Assembly (NCBI GenBank): GCA_002722885.1
Contig: PBNE01000011.1
Coordinates: forward strand, 2,336-66,335
Length of the DNA: 64,000 bases
From: Rhodospirillaceae bacterium
GTDB taxonomy: Bacteria; Pseudomonadota; Alphaproteobacteria; SP197
Reading direction: 5' to 3'
In this document: positions 46,153 to 56,285 of the stretch, in pieces
Numbering within the stretch: the stretch's first letter is position 1
Layout: every line of letters begins with the position of its first letter
Made by a program: the position numbers and the translations under genes
The notes under the pieces: generated by a model
Seen by the model: the letters and a program-made list of their open reading frames with translations, nothing else
What the model was told of the DNA's origin: nothing
The model's database searches: none

Positions 46153-46848
46153 ATGGATAGAGTGAGCGAGCAAGCAACAGACTCCCGCAAGCTGCGCCGC
46201 GTCATCGGTACCGGCGTCGCCGGCAATGTGATGGAATGGTACGACTTTGCGGTTTACGGCTACCTCGCTGCGATCATCGGAACGCAGTTCTTCCTTTCCG
46301 ATGATCCCGTTTCTTCGATCATTGCGTCTTATGGTGCCTTCGCCGCGGGCTTCCTGTCCTGACCGCTGGGTGGTGTGATCTTCGGCCATATCGGCGACAG
46401 CATTGGGCACAAGCGGGTGCTGAAGGTTTCGGTCGTCATGGTGGGCCTGGCGACCTTTGCCATCGGCATTCTGCCGATCTATGAGCAGATCGGCGTTGCC
46501 GCGCCTGCGCTGCTGATTGCCATACGTATCTTCCAGGGGCTCAGCGTCGGCGGGGAGTACTCAGGTTCCGTGACCTTTGTTGTGGGACACTCACCGCCAA
46601 ACCGGCGTGCCTTCCTGACGAGCTGGATGGGAATCGGCTCATTCCTGGGATTCATCATCGGCGCTGCGGCCGGTGCTCATCTGCCGGCGGTGTTCGAGGA
46701 ATCCCAGGTCGACAGCTGGGCCTGGCGGCTGCCGTTCCTGTTTAGCATCGTGATCGCGATCGGTGGCATGCTGGTGCGCCGCACGATTGATGATCTGCTC
46801 GCCGCCGAAGAAAAGGATGAGGTCGAAGGTCTGCCGATCGTCGCCTAG
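46153..46848 (+). pseudogene. MFS transporter (ProP/ShiA-like) with an in-frame TGA, truncated after about 6 TMs
   Basis: GNVMEWYDFAVYGYLAA...AAGFLS*PLGGVIFGHIGDSIGHKR with TGA at 46360-46362 where homologs have the Arg of RPLGG. The ORF ends at 46848 where the convergent gene begins. Confidence 0.75.
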
Positions 46849-46858
46849 CGCGATCACG

Positions 46859-48097
46859 TCAGCCGTCGGCGATGGTTTTCAGCGCACCGATCAGGCGGTC
46901 GACCTCATCGACGGTGTTGTAGTGCACGAAGGAGCAGCGAATGGCGCCATCGGCGGAATCGATGCCGACGGCCTCCAGCACGCGTGGGGCGTAGAAATCA
47001 CCGGCGTTGGCGGCAATGCCTCTGGCTTCCAGCAACGGCGGCACGTCCTGGCTTTTCACACCCTCGATCACGAAGCTGAAGGTAGGGGCACGGCTGTCAT
47101 GATCCGGGGTCGCGCGACCGATCAGATGAATCTTCGGGTGCTTGGCGGCGAACTCCAGGAACCGTGCTGACAGGCTTTCTTCGTGGCGGGCAATGATCTC
47201 GAACATCTGGCGCATGCGGCCGTGCAGATTGTTGGCCGGCTCTTCGAGGTGATGCGCGGCCAGCGCTTCGAAGTACTCGCCGATTCCGACGCATCCTGCT
47301 GTCAGTTCGTGGTTCGGCGCACCGGGATTCATCTTGAGCGGCAGATTGTCTTCACCATGGAAATAGAAGTACTGGCCGCGGGCATCGAGCAGCAGCTCTC
47401 GCTTGCCGTAGAGCACGCTGAGATGCGGACCGTAGGTCTTGTAGAGGCTGAAGAGGTAGAAATCGACGTCGAGCGCCTTCACGTCGACGCTGGCGTGCGG
47501 CGCAAAGGCCACGCCGTCGACACAGACGAATCCGCCGGCCTCATGAACCATGGCCGCAATTTTGGCGACCGGGTTCGGCCCGCCTGTGATGTTCGAGCAA
47601 TGGGAGAAGCAGACCAGCCGGGTCTTGTCCGATAGCATGGCGCGCAGAGCCTCGGGCTCCAGTTCGGCTGTCTCCGGGTTTACGCTCCATTCGCGCACAG
47701 TAATGCCGAACTCTTCGAGCCGGCGCCAATGGCCGTTGTTGGCCTCGTGATCAAGGTTGGTCACGATAACCTCGCCACCCTTCATACTGTCGCGCAGGGC
47801 TGCGGCCAGTGTGATGACATTGCGGGTGGTCGACGGGCCGATGACAACCTCGTCGGCCTCCGCATTGATCATGGCAGCGACGGTTTCGTAGCCCTTCTTC
47901 ATGCGGCCCTGCGCGTCGCGTGCGATCGCAGAATTGCCGCCGGGCTGCACCTGGCACTCGGTCATATAATCTTTCACCCGGTCGATCACCGTGTGCGGAA
48001 CCAGGCTGCCGCCCGCATTCTCCATGAAAGCCCAGCTGTCATTGAGGGCAGGGAAGAAGGATCGGACGAAATCGAGATCGAGTGCTTTGTCGGCCAA
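46859..48097 (-). CDS. class V aminotransferase-fold PLP enzyme (cysteine-desulfurase-like)
   Basis: 412 aa. VCFSHCSNITG and FSLYKTYGP (PLP Lys) patterns. Confidence 0.85.
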   Translation of the reverse strand: MADKALDLDFVRSFFPALNDSWAFMENAGGSLVPHTVIDRVKDYMTECQVQPGGNSAIARDAQGRMKKGYETVAAMINAEADEVVIGPSTTRNVITLAAALRDSMKGGEVIVTNLDHEANNGHWRRLEEFGITVREWSVNPETAELEPEALRAMLSDKTRLVCFSHCSNITGGPNPVAKIAAMVHEAGGFVCVDGVAFAPHASVDVKALDVDFYLFSLYKTYGPHLSVLYGKRELLLDARGQYFYFHGEDNLPLKMNPGAPNHELTAGCVGIGEYFEALAAHHLEEPANNLHGRMRQMFEIIARHEESLSARFLEFAAKHPKIHLIGRATPDHDSRAPTFSFVIEGVKSQDVPPLLEARGIAANAGDFYAPRVLEAVGIDSADGAIRCSFVHYNTVDEVDRLIGALKTIADG

Positions 48098-48102
48098 CAG
48101 GG

Positions 48103-48366
48103 TTACTCCACGGCCTTCTGGGCATCACCGAAGCGCACGATGCGTTCGATCGTGTCGGAAAGATCATCGTCGGTGATGCGGGGGTTGATGGTGCAGAAAC
48201 GCAGGCAGGTGCGCCCCTTAAGTTCGGTTGATGTCACGAAGGCGAAACCGTCGTCGACCAGGGCGTCAACCGCGCTGTAACCAAGCGCCCGCATCTCCTC
48301 GGGCGTGAGTTCAAGTCGTGCTGGATCGTGTGGCATGTGCCGGAGGTAACGCGGCCACGATCGCAT
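48103..48366 (-). pseudogene. remnant of a group II PLP-dependent (aromatic-amino-acid-type) decarboxylase with an internal deletion
   Basis: N-terminal-type segment LELTPEEMRALGYSAVDALVDD joined directly to the C-terminal-type segment GFAFVTSTELKGRTCLRFCTINPRITDDDLSDTIERI. The whole PLP-binding core is missing. Confidence 0.5.
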
Positions 48367-48458
48367 TTCAAAGGATTCTTTGTCTCGATAGAGCTCCGTC
48401 TGGCCAGTGACGGCAAGTCATGACAGTCTCGCCGCGAGTTTGGTTTAAGGAGAAGGCC

Positions 48459-49010
48459 ATGGCCGATGCTGCTGAAGGGCGCCTTTCGCCCCTGAAACCG
48501 GAGGACTGGGATCCGTTGCTGGCGGACGTTCTGGCCGACCTGAAATCGCCGCTGAGCATCCACAATGTTGTGGCGCGCAACCCCGTGCTGATGGCGAACT
48601 ATGTCGATTTCCGTAATCATATCGTGAAATCGAGTTCGCTCACCGGCCGGCAGCGCGAATTGATCATCCTGCGGGTCGCCCACCAGACCGCCTGTGCCTA
48701 CGAATGGGATCACCATGTCGTCCGCGGCCGTGATGCCGGACTTCAGGATGATGAGATTGCCCGTGTGCGTCTTGGGCCTGACGCAGAAGGCTGGGCGTTG
48801 GAAGAATCGATGTTGTTGCGTACGGTCGACGACATGCTGACACAGACCGAGATCGCTCGGCCCACTTGGGTGGCAATGTGCCAAAGTTTTGATGACAACC
48901 AGCTTCTCGACACCATCTTCACCATCGGCACCTACATGATCATGTCGACAATCCTGAAGACGGCCAGGGTGCCGCATGAGGACGGGTTCAAGGTCGAAAA
49001 CCCGGTTTGA
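48459..49010 (+). CDS. carboxymuconolactone decarboxylase (AhpD-like) family protein
   Basis: Start chosen at the ATG at 48459, preceded by AAGGAGAAGG. LTGRQRELIILRVAHQTACAYEWDHH motif. Confidence 0.85.
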   Translation: MADAAEGRLSPLKPEDWDPLLADVLADLKSPLSIHNVVARNPVLMANYVDFRNHIVKSSSLTGRQRELIILRVAHQTACAYEWDHHVVRGRDAGLQDDEIARVRLGPDAEGWALEESMLLRTVDDMLTQTEIARPTWVAMCQSFDDNQLLDTIFTIGTYMIMSTILKTARVPHEDGFKVENPV

Positions 49011-49083
49011 CCGCCGTGCGCGGCTCTCAGCATAGTGCGGCACAGTGTTTGCAAGGTGGATCGGGGTAACCTGACACCATCCG

Positions 49084-50073
49084 ATGGGGGACCATGCGCG
49101 CCTTTTTGACCTGATCTCGGCCGCCCTGCTGGCCGGCTGTATCAACAGTGACGAGTACGAGCCGCATCGTGCGATCAATCTGGAGTTCAACGGCGGGCCT
49201 GTGAACGGTGCGAACTATTTCGCCACACTGAATATCTGTAACCTCGTGAACCGTTATTCCGACGGCAAATACAATTGCGCCAAGCGTGCGTCGCCGGGAC
49301 CTGTCGCCAACGTTGATCAGGTTCTTGCCGGTGCGGTCGAGTTCGGAATTTCCCGTTCGGACTACGTCCTTTCGGCTGTGCAAGGCACCGGAATCTGGGA
49401 GAACGACCCGCAACCGTCATTGCTGCCCCTTTCACGGTTCATAACGATACAGTCACGATGGTCGTGCGTGACGATTCGGATATCCGCAGCCTTGCGGACC
49501 TGGAAGGCCGCGTCGTCAATCTCGGCATTCCCGTTCGGTGCATCAGCTCAATGCCCTGGAACTCCTGGAGCTGGCCGGGATCGATGCCAAGGACGGCATT
49601 GAACCCCGGGGTTGTTGCAGGCGGAGGCTGGCCGGGCCCTGGCAGACGGAGAGATTGATGCGTTCTTTGCCACAGTGGCGACACCGGATCCGTCGATTGA
49701 ACGTGCTGCCGATCTCACCGACATCCGGCTCATTCCCTTGGATTCTCCTGAAATCCGCCAGTTGGTGGCCGATACGCCGTATTACGCGCGCACGTACGTT
49801 CACACCGGTTACTAACGGCCGTTTGATCCGCTCGACGGAGCGTTCTGAACGTATTCGTTGTCAAGCTATGGCTACGACGCGACTGTCATCGCCAGTTCGA
49901 GCCTGCCCGACGAAATCGTTAGTGACGTCACAGGCTATGTGTTCCGCCACCTCAACGAACTCCGTGCGGATCACCCATTCTTCAACCATCTCGATTATCA
50001 CGAAATGCGCGATGAATTGATGGCGCCACTTCACCCCGGCGCCGGGGGCGAGTGGGCTATGGTCGTTCCCTAG
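49084..50073 (+). pseudogene. decayed paralog of the TAXI-family TRAP solute receptor
   Basis: Four ORF pieces in different frames (49084-, 49458-, 49612-, 49858-50073) are collinear with the intact gene at 50295-51257. For example YFATLNICNLVNRYSDGKYNC matches YQVALQVCDLINTHSDGEYNC, and EIDAFFATVATPDPSIERAA matches KVDAFFYTVGNPAAAIEEPA. Confidence 0.7.
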
Positions 50074-50294
50074 TGGATCTTCTAACCATTTGTTTTTGAT
50101 GGATTTTAATTCAAGAAAAAGCTCGAGGGATCTTTTGACCTCGGTGGACTTTGGCGCGCATAGTTGAGTCTGGGGACATGGAGTATGAGGCGGCCAGGGC
50201 AGCAACGCTTTACAGAACCGCTGATCCATCCCCTGGGGGCTCCGGACCATGTTGCCCGGCGCCCGTAACATGCAATCAATGAGGACAACCAATA

Positions 50295-51257
50295 ATGCGC
50301 AAGATTCTTCTTCCCACGTTGGCAGCCGCCGTGGTTACGGTCGGCAGCCTCGTTTCCACGCCGGCCAACGCTGCCCGCGATCTTCTGATCGGCGGCGGTT
50401 CGGTCACCGGCGTCTACTATCAGGTGGCGCTGCAGGTCTGTGACCTGATCAACACCCACTCCGACGGCGAGTACAACTGCGTCGGTCGTCCGGCTCTGGG
50501 TTCGGTCTTCAACATCAACGCAGTCAACCGTGGTCTGCTCGACTTCGGTGTTGCGCAGTCCGACCGCAACTGGCAGGCGGCCAATGGCGCTGCCGACTGG
50601 GAAGGTGGCGCGGTGGAAAATCTGCGTAGCGTGTTCAGCGCCCATCCCGAGACTGTTCTGCTGGTCACCCGCTCGGACACGGGCATTGAAAGTGTCGAAG
50701 ACTTGATGGGTCGTGCGGTCAACATCGGCAACCCGGGGTCGGGTCAGCGCGGCAACGCCCAAGACGTTCTGCGTCTCTACGGCATCGATGCCGACAACGA
50801 CATCGACGCGCAGGGCCTGCAGCAGAACGAAGCGTCGCGTGCGTTGATCGACCAGAAGGTCGATGCGTTCTTCTACACGGTCGGCAACCCGGCCGCTGCC
50901 ATTGAAGAGCCCGCAAATTCGACGGACATCCGAATCGTGCCGATTGATTCGCAGGCGATCCGCGATTTCATCGCCGACAAGCCCTACTACGTCATGACCT
51001 CGATCCAGCCCGGCACCTATAAGGGCGTTGATGAAGCGGTCGAGACCTATGCCGTGAAGGCAACGGTCGTGGCGAGTGCCGCCCTTGAAGACCAGGTGGT
51101 CTATGACGTCGTCAAGATCGTCATGGAGAACCTCGACGAGCTGCGCAACTCGCATGCCGCGTTCCGTCATCTGGAACCGTCGGAGATGCTGCAGGGTCTT
51201 TCGGCTCCGCTCCATCCCGGTGCGGCCATGTACTACGAAGAACAGGGCTGGATGTAA
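50295..51257 (+). CDS. TAXI-family TRAP transporter solute-binding subunit
   Basis: 320 aa. Signal peptide, then GGGSVTGVYYQVALQVCDLIN and the tail LHPGAAMYYEEQGW. Confidence 0.9.
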   Translation: MRKILLPTLAAAVVTVGSLVSTPANAARDLLIGGGSVTGVYYQVALQVCDLINTHSDGEYNCVGRPALGSVFNINAVNRGLLDFGVAQSDRNWQAANGAADWEGGAVENLRSVFSAHPETVLLVTRSDTGIESVEDLMGRAVNIGNPGSGQRGNAQDVLRLYGIDADNDIDAQGLQQNEASRALIDQKVDAFFYTVGNPAAAIEEPANSTDIRIVPIDSQAIRDFIADKPYYVMTSIQPGTYKGVDEAVETYAVKATVVASAALEDQVVYDVVKIVMENLDELRNSHAAFRHLEPSEMLQGLSAPLHPGAAMYYEEQGWM

Positions 51258-51272
51258 AATCCAGTTCCGGGT

Positions 51273-51300
51273 GAGGGCGGCTGAAAAACCAGTCGCCCTC
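51273..51300 (+). terminator. intercistronic hairpin between the TRAP receptor and permease genes (possible partial terminator/attenuator)
   Basis: GAGGGCG (51273-51279), 14-nt loop, CGCCCTC (51294-51300), followed by GCTTCGTTTCG. The U tract is weak. Confidence 0.35.
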
Positions 51301-51362
51301 GCTTCGTTTCGCAGATCCGCGGAAAGCCTGCAGGTCGTTCGGGAATGCAGGGGGATAATGCC

Positions 51363-53774
51363 ATGGCCGAGACGGACAACACGACTACTGAGGTCGACGA
51401 TCTGGTTGTCCAGGTGGAAACCGGGCCGCGCCATGCGGATAACGTCATCTGGCGCGCCATAGTCGTACTCCTCTGTCTGGGATGGTCCGGTTTTCAGCTC
51501 TACATTGCCGACAGTCCCTTCGACACTTGGCAGGCCCGCTCGATCCATCTTGCTTTCGCGCTGATGCTCGCCTTCCTGGCCTATCCCGCCTTCAAGCAGA
51601 ACGACCCCGGCCGCGTTCAGAAGTTCCTGGGACGGCTCATTCCCGGCACGGACGGCAAGGGATTTGTCCTTGTCTACGACTTGATCTTCGCTGGACTGAT
51701 GTTGGCATTGGCGATCTGGACCGCCGTCGACTACGAGATCCTCGTTTCGGACTTGGAGTTCATGGGCAAACCCGACTGGACGTTCGCGCTTTGGGTTGTG
51801 ATGGCAATGGGATTTGTCGAGGGCGGCCGTCGGCTCCTGGCGATTGTCGCCCGCTTCGTTCGTGTTGCCCCACAGGGCGTGGTCGGCATTGTGCTGTTGG
51901 GCAGCGGGGTTGATCGTTCGAACCGCAGCTACATTCCGGTCTACGACATCCTGCTTGGCGCGATCGCCGCGATGTCATCGCTGTTCATCGTGCTCGACTA
52001 CGACGGCCTTATCATGCGGCAGGGACTTCCCGGCTGGTTTGACGTCTGGGTCGGCATGACCTGTACAATTTTTCTGCTGGAAGCAGCACGTCGCGCGCTG
52101 GGGCCGGCCCTGGCGATCCTTTGCTTCCTGTTTCTGGTCTACCTCTTCGTCGGCCCGTACATGCCAGACCTTCTTCGGCATCGCGGTCTCCCGCTCGATT
52201 TTGCAGCGAATGACATCTACCTCTCGACGTCGGGTATCTTCGGCGTGCCACTGGGTGTTTCGGCCAGCATCATCTTTCTGTTCGTGCTGTTCGGCTCGCT
52301 TCTGGAGAAGGCCGGTGCGGGCAAATACTTCATCGATGTCGCCTTTGCCGCCTTCGGTCGCTTTCGTGGCGGTGCCGCCAAGGCAGCCATCGTGGCCTCG
52401 GGCGCCAGCGGCCTCTATTCCGGGTCGTCCATTGCCAATACGGTGATGACTGGCACGTTCACCATTCCCCTGATGAAGAAGGTGGGCCTGCCGCCCTACA
52501 AGGCGGGTGCCGTTGAGGTCGCAGCCTCGACCAACGGTCAGCTGATGCCACCTGTCATGGGTGCTGCTGCCTTCATCATGGCGGAGATCCTGGGCATTCC
52601 CTACATCGACGTTGTGCGTGCAGCGATCATCCCGGCGCTGATCTCCTATCTGGCACTGTTCTATGTCGTTCATCTTGAAGCGCTGAAGCTCGATATCCGG
52701 GCGCTCAGGAAGGACGAGCTGCCAGCGCTCATAAAAACCTTCGTCCGCGGCTTGCACTACATAGCTCCAATTCTGGTGCTGTTTTACTTCCTGCTCGTCT
52801 TGCGGCGGTCCCCGGTGCTGTCGGCGCTATATGCGGTTGAGGCGCTGGCCGTGATCATGATCCTGCAGCGGCCGATCATCGCATGGCTCGTGATGACCTT
52901 GGCCAAGAAGGATGGCAAGGACACCAGCGCCTTCGTTCCGCTTCTTGTGGCAGGGATCCGCGGGGGCTTCGTGGATATCTTCAACGGCCTTGTCGCCGGC
53001 GCCCGGAACATGATCTCCATCGGTGTCGCCACGGCAGCCGCCGGCATCATCGTAGGCGTGGTGCAGTCGACAGGGCTTGTGGGCCGTTTCGTGACACTGA
53101 TCGATGCCGTGTCGATGGGAAGCATCTACATCGTCCTGGTGCTCACCGCGATCACCAGCATGATCCTGGGTATGGGCCTGCCGACCACGGCGAACTACAT
53201 TCTGATGGCCTCGCTCACCGCGCCCGTTATTGTTGAGTTGGGTGGCAACGCGGGGCTGGTGTTCCCGATCATCGCGGCGCATCTCTTTGTCTTCTATTTC
53301 GGCATTCTTGCAGACGACACGCCACCCGTCGGGCTTGCTGCCTATGCGGCCGCGGCGATTGCGCAATCTGACCCGATCAAAACCGGCATCCAGGGCTTCA
53401 CCTATGACATGCGCACCGCAATCCTGCCGTTTGTCTTCATCTTCAACACAGAGCTGTTGATGATCTCTGGCGCGGCGGAGAACGGTGACATCATCTGGCT
53501 CGACGACTGGGTCGACATAGGTTTTGTGTTCGGTGTATCGCTGCTTGCCATGTTCGCGTTCGCGGCGGCCGTTCAGGGCTGGTACGCCAATAAGCTTAAC
53601 ATTGCCGGACGTGTTCTTTTGGGGCTCGTGTGCCTGTTTCTGTTCCTGCCCAGTATCCTTTCGGACCCGACCGGTATTCCGCGCGAGATGATCCAGATCG
53701 GTATGGTCGTCGTCATGGCGGCGTTCTATGGCTGGCAGCGCCTGCGCATGAAACAGACGCCCGCTGCAGCCTGA
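51363..53774 (+). CDS. TRAP transporter fused permease subunit (TAXI-type)
   Basis: About 800 aa and highly hydrophobic. The second ATG (51363) is preferred because AGGGGGA lies upstream of it. It follows the TAXI receptor gene. Confidence 0.9.
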   Translation: MAETDNTTTEVDDLVVQVETGPRHADNVIWRAIVVLLCLGWSGFQLYIADSPFDTWQARSIHLAFALMLAFLAYPAFKQNDPGRVQKFLGRLIPGTDGKGFVLVYDLIFAGLMLALAIWTAVDYEILVSDLEFMGKPDWTFALWVVMAMGFVEGGRRLLAIVARFVRVAPQGVVGIVLLGSGVDRSNRSYIPVYDILLGAIAAMSSLFIVLDYDGLIMRQGLPGWFDVWVGMTCTIFLLEAARRALGPALAILCFLFLVYLFVGPYMPDLLRHRGLPLDFAANDIYLSTSGIFGVPLGVSASIIFLFVLFGSLLEKAGAGKYFIDVAFAAFGRFRGGAAKAAIVASGASGLYSGSSIANTVMTGTFTIPLMKKVGLPPYKAGAVEVAASTNGQLMPPVMGAAAFIMAEILGIPYIDVVRAAIIPALISYLALFYVVHLEALKLDIRALRKDELPALIKTFVRGLHYIAPILVLFYFLLVLRRSPVLSALYAVEALAVIMILQRPIIAWLVMTLAKKDGKDTSAFVPLLVAGIRGGFVDIFNGLVAGARNMISIGVATAAAGIIVGVVQSTGLVGRFVTLIDAVSMGSIYIVLVLTAITSMILGMGLPTTANYILMASLTAPVIVELGGNAGLVFPIIAAHLFVFYFGILADDTPPVGLAAYAAAAIAQSDPIKTGIQGFTYDMRTAILPFVFIFNTELLMISGAAENGDIIWLDDWVDIGFVFGVSLLAMFAFAAAVQGWYANKLNIAGRVLLGLVCLFLFLPSILSDPTGIPREMIQIGMVVVMAAFYGWQRLRMKQTPAAA

Positions 53775-53785
53775 GGGAGGCGGAT

Positions 53786-54208
53786 ATGTTCAAGACGATC
53801 GTTCTCGCCATTGATCTGGAGGAAGAGGCCACGTGGACCAAGGCGTTGGCCCAGGCCGTCAAGATGGCTGAAGGCGGTGAGCTTCATCTTCTGGCTGTTG
53901 TGCCGGATTTCGGCTTCTCGGTCGTTGGCCAGTAATTCGACAGCGGTGCCGAAAAAAGGATGCTGGAGGATGCGGGCAGCAGACTCCTTGCCTTCGCCGA
54001 AGAGCATGTGCCGGCTGACCGCCTGGGTTCGTGCTTTGTGGGCCACGGCTCCATCCACGGTGAGATCCTGCGCATGTCTGAACAGATCAAGGCGGATCTC
54101 ATCGTCATGGCCTCGCACAAACCCGCTGTGCGTGACTATTTGTTGGGTCCGAATGCGGCCCATGTCATGCGACACGCATCCGTGAGTGTGCTCATCATTC
54201 GCAACTGA
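53786..54208 (+). pseudogene. universal stress protein (UspA family) with an in-frame TAA
   Basis: MFKTIVLAIDLEEE...LHLLAVVPDFGFSVVGQ*FDSGAEKRML...IVMASHKPAVRDYLLGPNAAHVMRHASVSVLIIR with TAA at 53933-53935. Both halves are in the same frame. Confidence 0.7.
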
Positions 54209-54284
54209 CCGGCGTTGAGGCTGGACTCCGGACCTGAATCTGGCCAAAAGCGGTTTTTCAAGGAAAACACGTTCGGAGACCATC

Positions 54285-55292
54285 ATGCAGAAGGCGGGCT
54301 CGCCCTATCTCCTGTTCCTGGGTGACACGCAGGACACGCTGTCGATCAAGGGCTGCACCGGCGTCAAGATCTGGCGGCCTGAGAAGGCGCATGCGCAGAT
54401 CGTTCTGGAAGGCGGCAACCAGGATCTCGGTCTTCCGAACAAGACCCCGTCTGAGGCCGCTGCAGCCGGCTGCAAGACCATGCTTGTCGGCGTTGCCAAT
54501 GCCGGCGGTTTTGTGCCCGACAATTGGGTGCCCACAATTATCGAGGCGCTGGAGGCCGGCATGGACGTGATGGCGGGCATGCACACGCGGATGGCCGACA
54601 TTCCTGCGATCGCCGAGGCTGCTGCCGCAAACGGCCGCACCCTGTTCGATGTCCGTCAGCCGAGCCAGGAGTTCAAGGTCGGAAAAGGTTTTGAGCGTTC
54701 GGGCAAGCGGGTTCTCACGGTCGGAACCGACTGTTCGCTCGGCAAGATGTTCACCTCGCTGGCGCTTGAGAGAGAGATGTTGGCCCAGGGTATGAAGGCC
54801 ACCTTCCGCGCCACGGGACAGAGCGGCATCTTTATCGTGGGCGAAGGGGTCGCGATCGATGGTGTTGTTGCCGACTTCATTGCAGGCGCGGTTGAATGGC
54901 TGTGCCCCGAGAACGATGCCGATCACTGGGATGTCGTGGAAGGTCAGGGATCCTTGTTCCACCCCAGCTTCGCCGGTGTCAGCCTTGGCCTGCTCCATGG
55001 TGCTCAGGCGGACGCGCTGGTGATGTGCCATGAACCCGGCCGGCCACACATGCGAGGTGTGCCGGGCCGTGATTTGCCCTCGCTCGAAGACTGCATCGCG
55101 CTCAACGAGCAGATGGCGCATCTCACGAATCCGACGGCGAAGGTCGTTGGCGTTTCCGTCAACACATCGTCGATGCCTGAGGACGAGGCGATGGCCTATC
55201 TCGATGACACGGCTCAACGCCTTGGAATGCCGTGTTGCGATTCGGTGCGGACCGGCGTTTCAGCCATTGTCAACGAGCTGGCGAAGATCTGA
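54285..55292 (+). CDS. DUF1611 domain protein
   Basis: 335 aa. VLTVGTDCSLGKMFTSLAL (P-loop-like), EGQGSLFHP and CHEPGR motifs as I remember them for DUF1611. Followed by an enolase-superfamily epimerase, the usual partner. Confidence 0.8.
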   Translation: MQKAGSPYLLFLGDTQDTLSIKGCTGVKIWRPEKAHAQIVLEGGNQDLGLPNKTPSEAAAAGCKTMLVGVANAGGFVPDNWVPTIIEALEAGMDVMAGMHTRMADIPAIAEAAAANGRTLFDVRQPSQEFKVGKGFERSGKRVLTVGTDCSLGKMFTSLALEREMLAQGMKATFRATGQSGIFIVGEGVAIDGVVADFIAGAVEWLCPENDADHWDVVEGQGSLFHPSFAGVSLGLLHGAQADALVMCHEPGRPHMRGVPGRDLPSLEDCIALNEQMAHLTNPTAKVVGVSVNTSSMPEDEAMAYLDDTAQRLGMPCCDSVRTGVSAIVNELAKI

Positions 55293-56282
55293 ATGTCAAT
55301 GCGCCGGACCGTCTCGGCCAAGCACGAATCCTGGCCCCTGGCGCAGGTGTTCCGCATTGCGCGGGGCGCCAAGACAGCGGCCGACGTGATTGTGGTCGAG
55401 ATTTTACAGGACGGCGTGCGCGGCTGGGCCGAGGCCGTTCCCTATCCCCGTTACAATCAGACCATCGAGTCCTGTCTGGCCGAGATTGAGTCGATTCACG
55501 AAGCCATTGCTGAAGGCGCCAATCGCCACGACCTTCTGTCGCTCCTGAAGCCGTCCGCCGCGCGCAACGCGATCGACTGTGCCCTTTGGGACCTCGAAGC
55601 CAAGATGACAGGCACCCCGGTCTGGCATCTGGCGGGTCTCGATGAGCCGGTGGACCTGGTCACAGCCTATACCCTGTCGATCGACAGCCCCGAAGCGATG
55701 GGCGAGGCTGCCGCGCAGAACAGCCACCGGCCGCTTCTCAAGATCAAGCTGGATGGCGAGTTCGTTCTGGAACGGCTTGAGGCCGTGCGGGCCGGCGCTC
55801 CAGAAAGTCGGCTCGTGGTCGATGCCAACGAAGGATGGAGCGCCGAACTGCTCGGGGAGATCGGCGATGCGCTCAAGGAACTGGGTGTCGCCATGATCGA
55901 GCAGCCGTTGCCGGCGGAGGCCGATGGGGCCCTCAAGAGAATCGATTGTCCGGTGACGCTGTGTGCGGATGAGTCCTGCCACGGCAGCGACACGGTCGCC
56001 GACCTCGCGGACCGCTATGGCATGGTCAACATCAAGCTCGACAAGACCGGCGGGCTGACCGAAGCGCTGAACCTGCGCAGGGCCGCCATGGCGGCCGGGC
56101 TCGAGGTCATGGTGGGCTGTATGGTGGGCACGTCACTCGCCATGGCGCCTGCCATGCTAGTGGCTCAGGGTGCAAAGGTGGTCGATCTCGACGGACCGTT
56201 GCTGATGAAAATGGACCGTGATCTCGGCGTCACCTTCGACGGCAACACCATGCTTCCCTGTCCCTCGGTGCTATGGGGTTGA
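55293..56282 (+). CDS. enolase-superfamily dipeptide (L-Ala-D/L-Glu-type) epimerase/racemase
   Basis: 329 aa. KIKLDG, VVDANEGW, IEQPLP, ADESC and NIKLDKTGGLTEAL motifs with the expected spacing. Confidence 0.85.
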   Translation: MSMRRTVSAKHESWPLAQVFRIARGAKTAADVIVVEILQDGVRGWAEAVPYPRYNQTIESCLAEIESIHEAIAEGANRHDLLSLLKPSAARNAIDCALWDLEAKMTGTPVWHLAGLDEPVDLVTAYTLSIDSPEAMGEAAAQNSHRPLLKIKLDGEFVLERLEAVRAGAPESRLVVDANEGWSAELLGEIGDALKELGVAMIEQPLPAEADGALKRIDCPVTLCADESCHGSDTVADLADRYGMVNIKLDKTGGLTEALNLRRAAMAAGLEVMVGCMVGTSLAMAPAMLVAQGAKVVDLDGPLLMKMDRDLGVTFDGNTMLPCPSVLWG

Positions 56283-56285
56283 GCG

